A DNA stretch of 64,000 nt. Origin: a virus. The stretch covers positions 42,257 to 106,256 of IMG/VR virus record IMGVR_UViG_3300046777_001715; one strand, 5' to 3'. The notes below the pieces were generated by a model, which saw only the letters and a list, made by a program, of their open reading frames with translations, was not told the DNA's origin and did not search any database. Position numbers and translations under genes: made by a program. Shown here piece by piece: positions 10,045-20,700 of the stretch (its first letter is position 1; each line of letters opens with the position of its first letter).

Positions 10045-10443
10045 ATGTCATTCACGACATTAAAAATTGCTGAGCTTCGTCAAATTGCCGAAGATTTTGC
10101 AGTTGATTTACCAAACTCAAAGAACAAAGCGGAAATCGTTGCAGCCCTCGCAGAAGAAGGCGTTACATGGGATGTATACCAAAAAACAATTAAAAATATT
10201 GAAGAAGAAGCAGTAGAGATGGAAGAGGTCCTTCCAAAGTTTGACCCAAAGAAGGAGCAGCCAGAGAATACTGTTCTCGTAAAGATGACAAGAGCTAACT
10301 TTAGATATGACGCCCTTGGATTCACATTTACAAAGGAACACCCATTTGTGGCAATGCCTTCAGAGCAAGCAGAAGAAATTTTTGAAAAAGAGGAGGGTTT
10401 TCGTTTAGCAACAGCAACAGAGGTTCAAGACTTCTACGCTTAA
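10045..10443 (+). CDS. HEH/Rho-N-like domain protein (post-capsid gene)
   Basis: LKIAELRQIAEDF.VDL....KAEIVAAL; own TGCTATAAT promoter (10014-10022) and RBS. Confidence 0.6.
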   Translation: MSFTTLKIAELRQIAEDFAVDLPNSKNKAEIVAALAEEGVTWDVYQKTIKNIEEEAVEMEEVLPKFDPKKEQPENTVLVKMTRANFRYDALGFTFTKEHPFVAMPSEQAEEIFEKEEGFRLATATEVQDFYA

Positions 10444-10455
10444 CGAAAATTTAAA

Positions 10456-11448
10456 ATGGCAGAATTATATGTAAACAGTAACGGAGCAATTCGTCAAAAA
10501 ATTTACTGGGGAGGTCAGCCAGTAGATGCAGACGGAAACGTAACCGTTACTGTTTACGATATAACCGAAGATCCAGCCATTAGCCCATCAATTAATCCAG
10601 CAGTGGCAATTGGAACATATACTGCTACTAACCTAGAAACAGATAATGGCAACTATGAGCTGGTTATGCCTTTTTCAATTACCTCTAGAAATAGAAAGTT
10701 AAAACTTGTTTGGTCGTACCAGGTTCAAGGAAACGCTGGTTCAAATACAACTCATGTAGATGTTGTTACGCCGTATGTAAATATTTCAGAAGCAATAGAT
10801 GCTCTTGGAATTGGCGTTGACCCAAGCGATGAAAATTACAAGTCATACGAAGAGCTAATGCTTGCAGAAAAATATGCAAGAAAGCTAATTGAAAGCTATA
10901 CAAATGATTTATTCTATACTTATGATGATGCTGTTACAGTATACGGCGGCGGAGATGATTCATTACAGACCCTTTATAAGGTTAACGAGCTTCATGAAGT
11001 GTATGCAAATGACATATTGTTAATTGACAATCCAAACAATGTTAATAATATTGGATACGATTTAATTCCAGTTTCTAGCGGATATGGAATTAAGGTTGAT
11101 CGTGGAGCGGCTTTAAATAGAGACAACACAGTCTATCTTGCAAACGGAATGGTTTCTCCAACCGTGTACGATATCGGATTTCAAGGGTTCTTTCAAAAAA
11201 ATGTAGCATATAGAATTCAGGGTAAATTTGGCTGGGACTATGTTCCAGACGAGGTATCAATTGCAACAATTGAATTGATGAAAGATTTCTTTAATAAAGA
11301 TACTCAATGGAAGCACAAATACGTAAAAAATATACAGACATTTGACTGGCAATTTGAATTTGACCCACAGGTCTATAATGGAACAGGAAACTTTTTTGTA
11401 GATAATATCCTTTCTGGATATGTTATCAAGCAGATGCTGGTGATCTAA
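10456..11448 (+). CDS. Head-tail connector/adaptor
   Basis: YARKLIESYT, GKFGWDYVPDEV..ATIEL, TGN..VDNILS.Y motifs; position. Confidence 0.7.
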   Translation: MAELYVNSNGAIRQKIYWGGQPVDADGNVTVTVYDITEDPAISPSINPAVAIGTYTATNLETDNGNYELVMPFSITSRNRKLKLVWSYQVQGNAGSNTTHVDVVTPYVNISEAIDALGIGVDPSDENYKSYEELMLAEKYARKLIESYTNDLFYTYDDAVTVYGGGDDSLQTLYKVNELHEVYANDILLIDNPNNVNNIGYDLIPVSSGYGIKVDRGAALNRDNTVYLANGMVSPTVYDIGFQGFFQKNVAYRIQGKFGWDYVPDEVSIATIELMKDFFNKDTQWKHKYVKNIQTFDWQFEFDPQVYNGTGNFFVDNILSGYVIKQMLVI

Positions 11449-11876
11449 TGAGCGTAGACCTAGTTGGCTCAATTCTGTCAATGAAGGCAGATGTTTACTC
11501 TCAGATGGATTCTCAAGATGAAGACACTGGCGCACTCAGAAAAACTTGGGCTTTTACAAAAACAGTCTCGTGCTTTGCCAAGGGAAGTATCAGCTCTACT
11601 GGTGGTCGTGGGTCGGATAAACAAAAGTATGCAACCAGATTTAAAGACACTGAGGCTATTCAAATTCGTGTAGATCAATTTGTTTCGCATAGAGATAAAA
11701 TAACTAATATTAGAAATAATGAAGGCAAGGTTATTTGGTTTGAATTAAATTATCCAACGAATACGCCAACAGTATTTGAGATAGTTGGGAATACCCCAAT
11801 TACTGATCCATTTGGAAATGTGCTTGGATATAATCTTTTAGCACAGAGATCGGAGAATCAGACAATTGGCGAGTAA
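11448..11876 (+). CDS. Head closure/stopper protein
   Basis: Size, position and beta-rich pattern (QDEDTGAL.KTW...C.A.G). Confidence 0.6.
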   Translation: MSVDLVGSILSMKADVYSQMDSQDEDTGALRKTWAFTKTVSCFAKGSISSTGGRGSDKQKYATRFKDTEAIQIRVDQFVSHRDKITNIRNNEGKVIWFELNYPTNTPTVFEIVGNTPITDPFGNVLGYNLLAQRSENQTIGE

Positions 11877-12660
11877 TGCAGCGGCTCTACAGTCAGCTTC
11901 TAACGCCCTAGGAGGCCTTATGAGAGGCTCAAAGCCGTCTGGGGTCATAGACCATGGGGGAACTGTCCAAAAAATTTCTGCGGCCCTTTATTACCAAACA
12001 CAAGTAATGTCACACATGGTAACAGAAGCAACAATTCAAGAGGGTTTTGTTAATAGGATATATAATCAGATAAACAAAGATCTTGGAAATTACATTGATA
12101 TGCAGGCAAGATCAAAGCCAAAATATCTGCACCATGTTTATGAGTGGGGAAAAACTGGAGAAAAGTCTGGCAGATTGTTTGAATTAACAAAAGAAAATAA
12201 AGGCGGATTTAATTTTTCAATGTCTTACAAGTTTAAGATGTCTAAAACATCAGTTCCAAAACAATCAACTAAAGGAAAGAATTACGTATTTAAAAATAAA
12301 GCATTTGTTATGGAAGCTGGAAATCCAGTTTTAATTACCCCAAGGACTCCAAGCGGAAGACTTGCTTTTGTTATAGACGGCAAAAATGTTGTTCTTCAGC
12401 CAGGCAGATCAGTAAGGGTGCAAAGCCCAGGAGGTAAGTACGTAAAGATGGGATTTGGAAACACATACAAATTCTTTGTCCGTGGAAACCTTATTCAAAA
12501 TTCAATTAAAAGCTCTGGCGTGGAGCAGGCATTCCACCTTGTAACCAGACAATCTATGATGTTGCCACCACTGGTAAGAGCAAAGGCTTATAGCTATTCT
12601 CCAGCATCCGTAAGAAATCTTGCACAGGCAGCAGTTCAAACAAACGGGAGGAACATGTGA
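11866..12660 (+). CDS. Neck/tail-completion protein (putative)
   Basis: Basic protein with LHHVYEW motif between stopper and tail terminator. Confidence 0.5.
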   Translation: MASNAAALQSASNALGGLMRGSKPSGVIDHGGTVQKISAALYYQTQVMSHMVTEATIQEGFVNRIYNQINKDLGNYIDMQARSKPKYLHHVYEWGKTGEKSGRLFELTKENKGGFNFSMSYKFKMSKTSVPKQSTKGKNYVFKNKAFVMEAGNPVLITPRTPSGRLAFVIDGKNVVLQPGRSVRVQSPGGKYVKMGFGNTYKFFVRGNLIQNSIKSSGVEQAFHLVTRQSMMLPPLVRAKAYSYSPASVRNLAQAAVQTNGRNM

Positions 12661-13169
12661 TGGCAAACTATAAGCTAGATGCAGTAAATGAGCTTAGAAA
12701 ATTCCTATGGAACGAATTTAAAGAGGCAGAGATTTTTGATGAGACAGACTATTACTCAGACAATATAAATGAGACCATTGTCCCGCTTATCCCAGTTCAG
12801 CAATTACCAGAGCTCAATCAATTCTTGAGCGGGAAGAAGCACATAGTCTATGATAAAACTGGAATTACCTATGATGATACATGGCTTATATGCAATGAGC
12901 AGGTTATGTTTACCCTATATTCAACAGACATCTCAGAAATCAATGAAATGAGAAACTTTATCATTGATTTATTTAGAAGATCAGACGAATCTGCCAGAGA
13001 TATTAACAATTTTATTGGAAATTCTTCAAAGTTTAGATTTCATACTGTCTATATTGGAGATATTTCACCAACTGCCCCATCAGATGAGGTCCTAGGGTTC
13101 CTTTCTACAGATGTAATAGTAGAAATCAAGTATTCTAGGGATGTATCTGTCAGTGGCAGGTTCAACTAG
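12660..13169 (+). CDS. Tail terminator protein (putative)
   Basis: Acidic ~170-aa ORF immediately before the major tail gene. Confidence 0.55.
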   Translation: MANYKLDAVNELRKFLWNEFKEAEIFDETDYYSDNINETIVPLIPVQQLPELNQFLSGKKHIVYDKTGITYDDTWLICNEQVMFTLYSTDISEINEMRNFIIDLFRRSDESARDINNFIGNSSKFRFHTVYIGDISPTAPSDEVLGFLSTDVIVEIKYSRDVSVSGRFN

Positions 13170-13273
13170 CCTTGCTTTATGAACCAATTTGGCCTATTAT
13201 TGTACTAAGAGGAAACCCGCCTAGCCAGCATTGATTTTACAAAAATTTTTAACTTTCCAGGAGGTGGAAATAA

Positions 13274-13915
13274 ATGGCATTTGAAGCTAAGAATATTATC
13301 GTTGGAGCAGCACCTATGTTCCTATCAAAGAAGGATTCAACAGAATCAACTTACGCAACTGTTCTTCCAGAAGGATCAAACGTAACAGCTAACACATCAA
13401 TCTACGACCCAGCAACCCGTGAACTCACAGGTGCACTAGGTACAGCTTATGCAAACGTTGGTTACACAAATAACGGTCTTCAGATTACTTACAACCCAAC
13501 ATACGGTTCAGTAACAGTAGATCAGCTTCTTGATACAGCAAAGTTGTTCAAGGAGTCTATGGAAGTTATGCTTGCAACTGAATTCACTGAAGCAACACTT
13601 GAGAACGTTCTTAAGGTATTTGGTCAGGGAGCAGCAACTCTTTCAAACGACGCACTCGGATTGGAAGCAGGAGCTCTTGGACAGGAGCCTACAGAGCGTC
13701 AGCTAATCGCTGTCGGTCTTGCACCACGTTCAGCAGCTAACAAGAAGCGTGAGCGTGTATATTATGCACGTCGTGTACTTTCTGTACAGCAATCACAATT
13801 CACACTAGCACGTAACAACCCAACAGTATTTCCAGTAACCTTCCGTCTTCTTCCTGATGCAGCATACGCAGGGGCAGAATACGGTAAGATTATTGACCGT
13901 TTGATTGAAGCGTAA
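13274..13915 (+). CDS. Major tail tube protein
   Basis: NIIVGAA, VGYTNNG, VDQLLD, EATLEN, FPVTFRLLP; high-expression codons; precedes chaperones and tape measure. Confidence 0.85.
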   Translation: MAFEAKNIIVGAAPMFLSKKDSTESTYATVLPEGSNVTANTSIYDPATRELTGALGTAYANVGYTNNGLQITYNPTYGSVTVDQLLDTAKLFKESMEVMLATEFTEATLENVLKVFGQGAATLSNDALGLEAGALGQEPTERQLIAVGLAPRSAANKKRERVYYARRVLSVQQSQFTLARNNPTVFPVTFRLLPDAAYAGAEYGKIIDRLIEA

Positions 13916-13945
13916 TTACAATTAAATAACAATTTAATATTGAGA

Positions 13946-13976
13946 GCAGACCCCCAGAAATGGGGGTTTGTTATTT
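13946..13976 (+). terminator. Intrinsic terminator after major tail gene
   Basis: GCAGACCCCCA-GAAA-TGGGGGTTTGT followed by TATTT. Confidence 0.75.
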
Positions 13977-14028
13977 GCTTATGCTGGTATTTTTGCTATA
14001 ATGATAAGGACGATCCTAGGAGGATAAA

Positions 14029-14361
14029 TTGGCAACAACAGTGTACGACGTACAAGAAATTGAACTACAAAATGGCGCAAAGGTGAAGTTAAAGCCACTC
14101 ACAATTAAGGAACTTAGAAAGTTCATGACTGTCATTCAGAAGACAGCAGAAGTTACAGGAGAAGACGATACTCTAAACATTCTTATTGAAGCATGTGGTG
14201 TCGCACTAGAGAAGCAGCTACCAGAGCTTGTCGCAGACAAAGATGCATTTGAAGATGCGTTGGATGTTCCAACCATTAATCGCATTCTTGAAGTTTGTGG
14301 CGGAATGAAGATGGACGACCCAAATCTTCTGGCGGCAGCAGTTCTGGCTGGTCAGAACTAG
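14029..14361 (+). CDS. Tail assembly chaperone (gpG-like)
   Basis: TTG start with AGGAGG; position between tail tube and tape measure. Confidence 0.8.
   Translation: MATTVYDVQEIELQNGAKVKLKPLTIKELRKFMTVIQKTAEVTGEDDTLNILIEACGVALEKQLPELVADKDAFEDALDVPTINRILEVCGGMKMDDPNLLAAAVLAGQN
14319..14325 (+). other. Programmed -1 frameshift site C CCA AAT
   Basis: X XXY YYZ heptamer in the correct phase (GAC CCA AAT read as CCC AAA). Confidence 0.75.
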
Positions 14362-14699
14362 ATCTAGCCGCCTTAGAAGCGCAAGTTTTTCTAATTGGTA
14401 AATGGAAAAACTTTGAAGAGTTAGAAGATAGTCTTTCTATGCCAGAGCTTGTACAATTATTAAAGGGTATAAGTAAAAAGGAAGATGAAGATAGAAAGTT
14501 CCAAGCTTCATTGCAAGGAATAAATCTAGGGGAGGATGCAACGGTTGAGGAAGAAAGTGAACACCCAACTTTTGAAGAGATTCAGATGAGAGCACAAGGA
14601 ATCAACGGACTGCAAAACGATATCATCGGACTTCGTGGTCAAGCCGCTGCAACAAAAGGTTTCGGTATAAATCAAGGACTGGGGTATACCGAGGAGTAA
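14319..14699 (+). CDS. Tail assembly chaperone frameshift extension (gpT part of gpGT)
   Basis: -1 frame ORF overlapping the chaperone end, entered at slippery heptamer CCCAAAT. Confidence 0.75.
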   Translation, partial: PKSSGGSSSGWSELDLAALEAQVFLIGKWKNFEELEDSLSMPELVQLLKGISKKEDEDRKFQASLQGINLGEDATVEEESEHPTFEEIQMRAQGINGLQNDIIGLRGQAAATKGFGINQGLGYTEE

Positions 14700-14702
14700 T
14701 AA

Positions 14703-17700
14703 GTGGCAGAGAATATTAATACTAATATAACCGCTAATGCTGATTTTTCTGGCTTAATAAGTCAGATACATAAAGCAGTATCACAGCTCACACTTTTACA
14801 GCAAAAATTAGGGTCTTCAAATGTTGCGCTTACTCAACAGATTGCTGCAACAAACAATGCTTTTTCAGACGTACTTAGAAAAAGCAATCAATTTAATACC
14901 CACTTTGTAACACTAGCAAGTGACACTGAAAAGTTTGGCAAAGCTTTAGATTCAGGAAAATTAAAATTAAGAGATTACTATCAGCACTGGCAGCAATACC
15001 ATCGCCAGGCTGGTGGTATGATCCGTGATCTTGCTAAGCAACAGACAGCTCTACAAAACGCAATTGTTCAGCCAATGGGAAGAAACCAAAAGGGACAAAT
15101 GCAGTTCAATGTTCATGTTCCAACTGGAATTGACGAGCTGGCCAATAAGACAAAACTTGCAAGAACCGAAATGTCTATCCTTAATAAGGTTATGCAAGAT
15201 GGATCAAACAGCTTAATTAACTGGGGTAAGAATACGCAGTGGGCTGGACGTCAGCTGACTGTTGGCCTTACGGTTCCAATGGCAGCATTTGGCGCTGCAG
15301 CTGCTAAGGCTTTTAGAGAAGCAGATCAAGAGCTGGTAAGACTTACAAAGGTTTACGGCGGACTTTCAAAAACTTCAGACGCAGAGCTTGGTAAAGTAAG
15401 AGCAGATGCAGTTGCAACAGCAAGAGAGCTTTCTTCAGCATATGGTGTTTCTTTTAAAGAGACATTGTCTTTAGCAGCAGATATTGCTGCTACAGGAAAA
15501 ACAGGCAACGAGCTTTTGGGTTCTATTCGTGAAACTACAAGACTTACCGTGCTTGGTGAAATTGACAAGCAAGAGGCAATGAAAGCAACTCTTGCAATTC
15601 AGAATGCTTTTAAGCAGAACACAGACGAGCTTGCAAAATCAATTAACTTCTTGAACGCAGTAGAAAACCAAACATCTACAACACTTGAAGATTTGGTTGA
15701 AGCAATTCCTAGAGCAGGTACAATTGTTAAAGGTCTTGGCGGCGGAGTAGAAGATTTAGCTTTGATGATGGTGGCGATGAAAGAAGGCGGAGTTGATGCA
15801 GCTTCAGCAGCTAACGGATTAAAGTCAGCACTTGGTTCTCTTATTAATCCAACAAAAGTTGCAAAAGAACAGTTTGCTGGATTTGGAATTAATTTAACTC
15901 AAATTGTAGAAGGAAATGCTGGCAACATTACAGCAACAATTATGGAGTTGCAAAAGGCGATGGAAAAGCTTAATCCATTGCAAAAGCAACAGGCCATTGA
16001 AACTCTTTTTGGTAAGTACCAGTTTGCTCGTATGGGAGCTTTGTTTGACAACCTAGGAAAGCAAGGAAGCCAGACACTACAAGTATTAGATTTAATGAAG
16101 GCAAGCACAGACGATCTTGCTCAAGTAGCAGGTCGAGAATTAGGGATGATTACAGAGTCTGCTTCTGGTAAATATAGAAGAGCCCTAGAATCTTTGAAAG
16201 CAGATTTAGCAACAGTTGGAGAACAGTTCTTAGGAATTGCAACAGGCCTTCTTAATTTTGCTAATGGGGTTGTAAACGCATTTAATAAAATGCCAGAACC
16301 AATTAAAAAGATGGTTACTTTATTAGGCGGACTTACAGCAGTAGCTGGTCCAATCATCATGTTGACTGGTGTATTTGCTAACTTCCTTGGATATGTGATG
16401 AAGGGCTTTTCAGCAATTAGAGCTTTCTTTAGTCACGCAGAAGGATTTAAATTACTTACTCCAGAAATGATGGCAGCTAATCAAGCTGGTACATTAGTAG
16501 AAAAAACATTTTATTCAGATGCAACAGCCGCAAAAGTTTTAACAACCGCATTAAACGGAATGCGTTTAGAAATGCAACAAATTGCAACTCTATCAAGAAG
16601 CGGTACGGTTACAGCAAAACCAATTATCGCAGGTGCAGCCGAAGGAGTCGGCATTGCTTCCTATGACTTTGCACACTATAACCCTCAATCTAAGTTATCC
16701 GAAGAAGCAAGACTTGCACAGACATTCCACACATCAGTTCCTTTAGACCCTTCAACAAATAAAAAGATTGGTCAGAATCCACAAATGATGGCAATGCCTG
16801 GAACAACTCTTCCAAATGTTCCTGGTCTTACAACAATCAATGGCGCAAGCACAGCAATTAATGCTAAAGAGGCAGCAAAATGGCATACTCAAATGACCGT
16901 TATGGCAATGCGTTCAAAAGATGAAATTATGGCAGTGGAAAAGATTATTGATTCAACTGGCAAGTTGCCAGCAGAATTTATGGCAGACTTTAGCCACATT
17001 CTCCCAAAGATGGAAGCAATTACTTCAACAGCAGCTGCGTCAAGTGCTCGTGTAGCGGCAGCAGCACAAGCTGGAATACTTACAGTAGAAAAATCACAAG
17101 CAGCACTTACAGCAATCAATGCAAAGATGATTGAAAGAATGAATGCTTTGTCTATTGCTTCTGGTGTACCTTTAGATAGAATGACAGTTGTTCCTGGAAC
17201 AGGAACTACAATTGCAACTGGTACAGCAATTGATAAAAATACAGATTACAATATGCGTTCAACTCTTCGCTCAGGCGCAGGAAGAGCTGGATCAATTACA
17301 AGTAAAATTGCTAAAGCAGTAGGAACATCTGTAAGAAGAATCAAGTTTGCAACTGGTGTAACAGCTTTAGGCAAGTTCTTGCCTAAGTTTACAGACATGA
17401 GAAAAGCAGCAGCTGCTGCAAAAATGTTAAGAGAATATTCCACAAGATCTGGTGGAATTGGTGGAACAAGAACTCCAAACTTAAGGCCACCAAAGCCTGG
17501 TAAGCGTGGAAGGAGTGGTGCTTCAACTGGAAAAGCTAGCGAATCTGGCATGGGAACATCCTTTAGAGACTTTTCAAAAAGAGATAGCGATTTGTATGAA
17601 GATTCTTGGTGGAAGGAAGTTGGTGTAACTCCTACAGCTAAAGGTATAGGAGCTGATGATGAATATCTAGTTCACGCAATTACTCCTGCATTTAAAAAGA

Positions 17701-20700
17701 GAACAGCAAGCTTACCAGTTATGGGAAAGCAGTCCACCCCGTCATTACCTAGAGAAAGATTTGATGAATTTAATATTTCAACAACATCAAAAGCTCCTTA
17801 TCTTCAAGTTCTCCCTACAACATTTATAAAGAATACAAAAAGATTTAATGATGCATTAAAAACTGGAGCAAGTCCAGATGATTTTAGAGAAGTAACTGGA
17901 TCCGATATGGTCAGCTTCTTGGCCTTTTTAAAGGATCAAGGATTAAGGCCAGCACAAGCAAAAGCTTTAGCAGACAGAGCTGCAACACTTTTAAATCAAA
18001 AGGTTAAAAATTCCACAAACCCTATAACAGAAGAAGTATTTGGAGCAATGTTTAACCAATCAACTGTTAGAGCATTGCGTTCTGGGTTTATGCCTTCAAT
18101 GCGTCCAGTAGTAAATACTTTTGGTTACGATAGACATTCAAGAAACCGTGGACTTGAGCCAATGCCTTTCCAAAATGGAGTTACAAGACTTCCTGGTTAT
18201 GGCGGAGGAGATACAATCCCAGCACTTCTTGAGCCAGGAGAGTCTGTTGTTACAAAAACAGCAACTGCTGGTAACGAAGGCGCAATTGCATTTATGAATG
18301 CTGGAGGAAAGATCCCTGGATTTGCTGGAGGAATTACAGCAATTGGAACTAAGATTAGTGCAATGAGAGCATCAAGAGCGGAAAAGCTTGCAGAGAATCC
18401 ATTCTATAAGCCAATGGGAATGGGTGGAAATATTGCTGGATCTATTGGCGGAGGAATAGCTGGAAGAATGACTGGGCTTCCAGGAGGAGAAATTGTAGGT
18501 TCAATAATTGGACCAGCAATTCTTTCAAGAATTATGGGTGTAACAAAAGCTCTTTCTCTTGGAATTAAAACGGGAGCAGGATTTGTAAATACTCTTAAGA
18601 TGATGGGAACTGCACTTAGAATAACTCCATGGGGATTGGCGGCAACTGGTGTTGCAGCACTAGGACTTAAATTATTTAATATGTGGAAAACAGCTAAAGC
18701 GCAAAGCGATGCCGCAGCTCAATCATTTAAGGTAAATGAAAAGCTTGCAGGCCAATTGGGAATTAAATACACCACTTTGTCTGGAAAAATAAAATCTGCA
18801 CAAGAAGATGCTAAGAGACAAAAGCAAATACTTCAAGCCGTTCTTGAAACCAATAGATTGGCAGGCGGAACAGGCGGACTTTCTATGACTATTAAAGAGC
18901 TTAAGGATATGCAGGCTCAAGCAAAGAAGTCTCAACCAGACGTAATCAAGCTATTTGATGCAATGGATAGAAAAGATGTTGTTGCTAATGCTGCAGCAAT
19001 GAAAGCACAATTAGTTGCAGGAGGAATGGCTGCAGATAAAGCAGCAAAGATGATATTTGCAATTATTACAGAATCTAATAAAGCATCTCAAGCAGTTGCT
19101 GCAATTTCTTCTAAGCCGTTTATGGAAATTAAAGATAAGGTTTCTGCAGCAACAGTTTCAGTAAGCACATTTAATAAAGCTATGGGCGTATATGGTGTAA
19201 ATGGAAATGAATTGGCAGCAGCATTTGAAGGATCAATGGATGCAATTGATGCTTACTACAATAGCTTAGTTGGGTCAAAAGACGAAACTGGAAAGATTAT
19301 AACAGAAACAGAAGCTTTAAGAATGACAATGGAAAAGCTAAATGGTTCTGCTGCAACGAATAGGCAACTTGGACAATACAATTTAAATCTTATCCTTAAG
19401 CAAAAGCCAGAGCTTAAGGGAATTCTTTCTGCAACAGATTCAACTGCAGATGCATATGCAAAGATTAAGCTATACACATCTGGAGTAGTAGATGATCTAA
19501 GCAAGATAAGTGGAATGCAAGCTCAAGCAATGCTTGCAGTTCAAAATGCTGTATCTCAAAATGCTACCGCTATGACAACAGATACCTCTATTAAGAATAA
19601 CCCACTAGCTAGCTTAGCAGGACTCGGTGCAGAAGCAGCAAAAGCTTCTAAGACAGCTGCAGCACAAGCAGCCGCAGCATCAAGAGCTGCACAAAGAGAT
19701 ATCTCAAAAGAAGCAGCACTAATTGATAAGAAGATTGCTGCAATTAAAAAAGAGGCGGATGCAAGAAAGAAAGCGCTTCAAGAGCAGCAAGATGCTGCAG
19801 ACGTAGGACTTGCAATACAAGAACAGCAGCTTAGGTATCAAAATGCTTTAGCAACTGGCAATATGAATGAGGCAGCTTCAGCTCAAATTGAAATTCAAAG
19901 ACTTAGTGGTCAACATCAAAATAAGTTGGCTCAAACAGCAATTGAAGATAAGGCAAATAAAGATACAGAAGCTCTTCAAAATAAAAAGGCTGGACTGGAA
20001 GCATCACTTGCAGCTGCACAAAAAGCAGCAGCAGCAGCGGCAGAAAAAGCTTCTCTTGCTGCTGAAAGAGATTCAACAATTAAAACAATTCAGTCAACAA
20101 TTGGAACTCTTATTACAAATGCTGGTCTTACAAACGATAAGGACAAGATTGAGGCATACGGATACCAACTAAGAGATCAACTAGATGCACTCAGAAAGCT
20201 TGGAAAGGCTGGTGTAGCAGCAGCTAACGCTATTGCAATGCCAACAACAATGTCTTACAACGGTTCATCATTAACAACAAAGCCACAGGATTATTCAAAG
20301 GTCATACAAGAACTTGCAAAGAAGAATCTTGAGTCTACAGCGGCAACTGGAAAGTTTAGTGGTTCTGTAGACGACTTTAAAAAAGCTGTTTCAGATTTCC
20401 AAATTGCAGCAGGTGGCGGAACATCAAAGTCAAGCGCTATCTCAATTGATTACAATGCTAAGTATAGAAAAGACCCTAAAAAACAAAATATTCTAGATGA
20501 TGATTCAAAGAAAGCAATTGTAAAAGATTATGGATTTAAGGCTGGACAGTATTTTGAATACGACGGAAGAGTTTATCGTGTTAAGTCAGCCACAGATATT
20601 GTGGCACAAAATTACGCAGAAGGTGGAGCAATTTACGGAGCAGGATCATCAACATCAGATTCAATTCCAGCAATGCTTTCAAACGGAGAATTTGTTGTAA

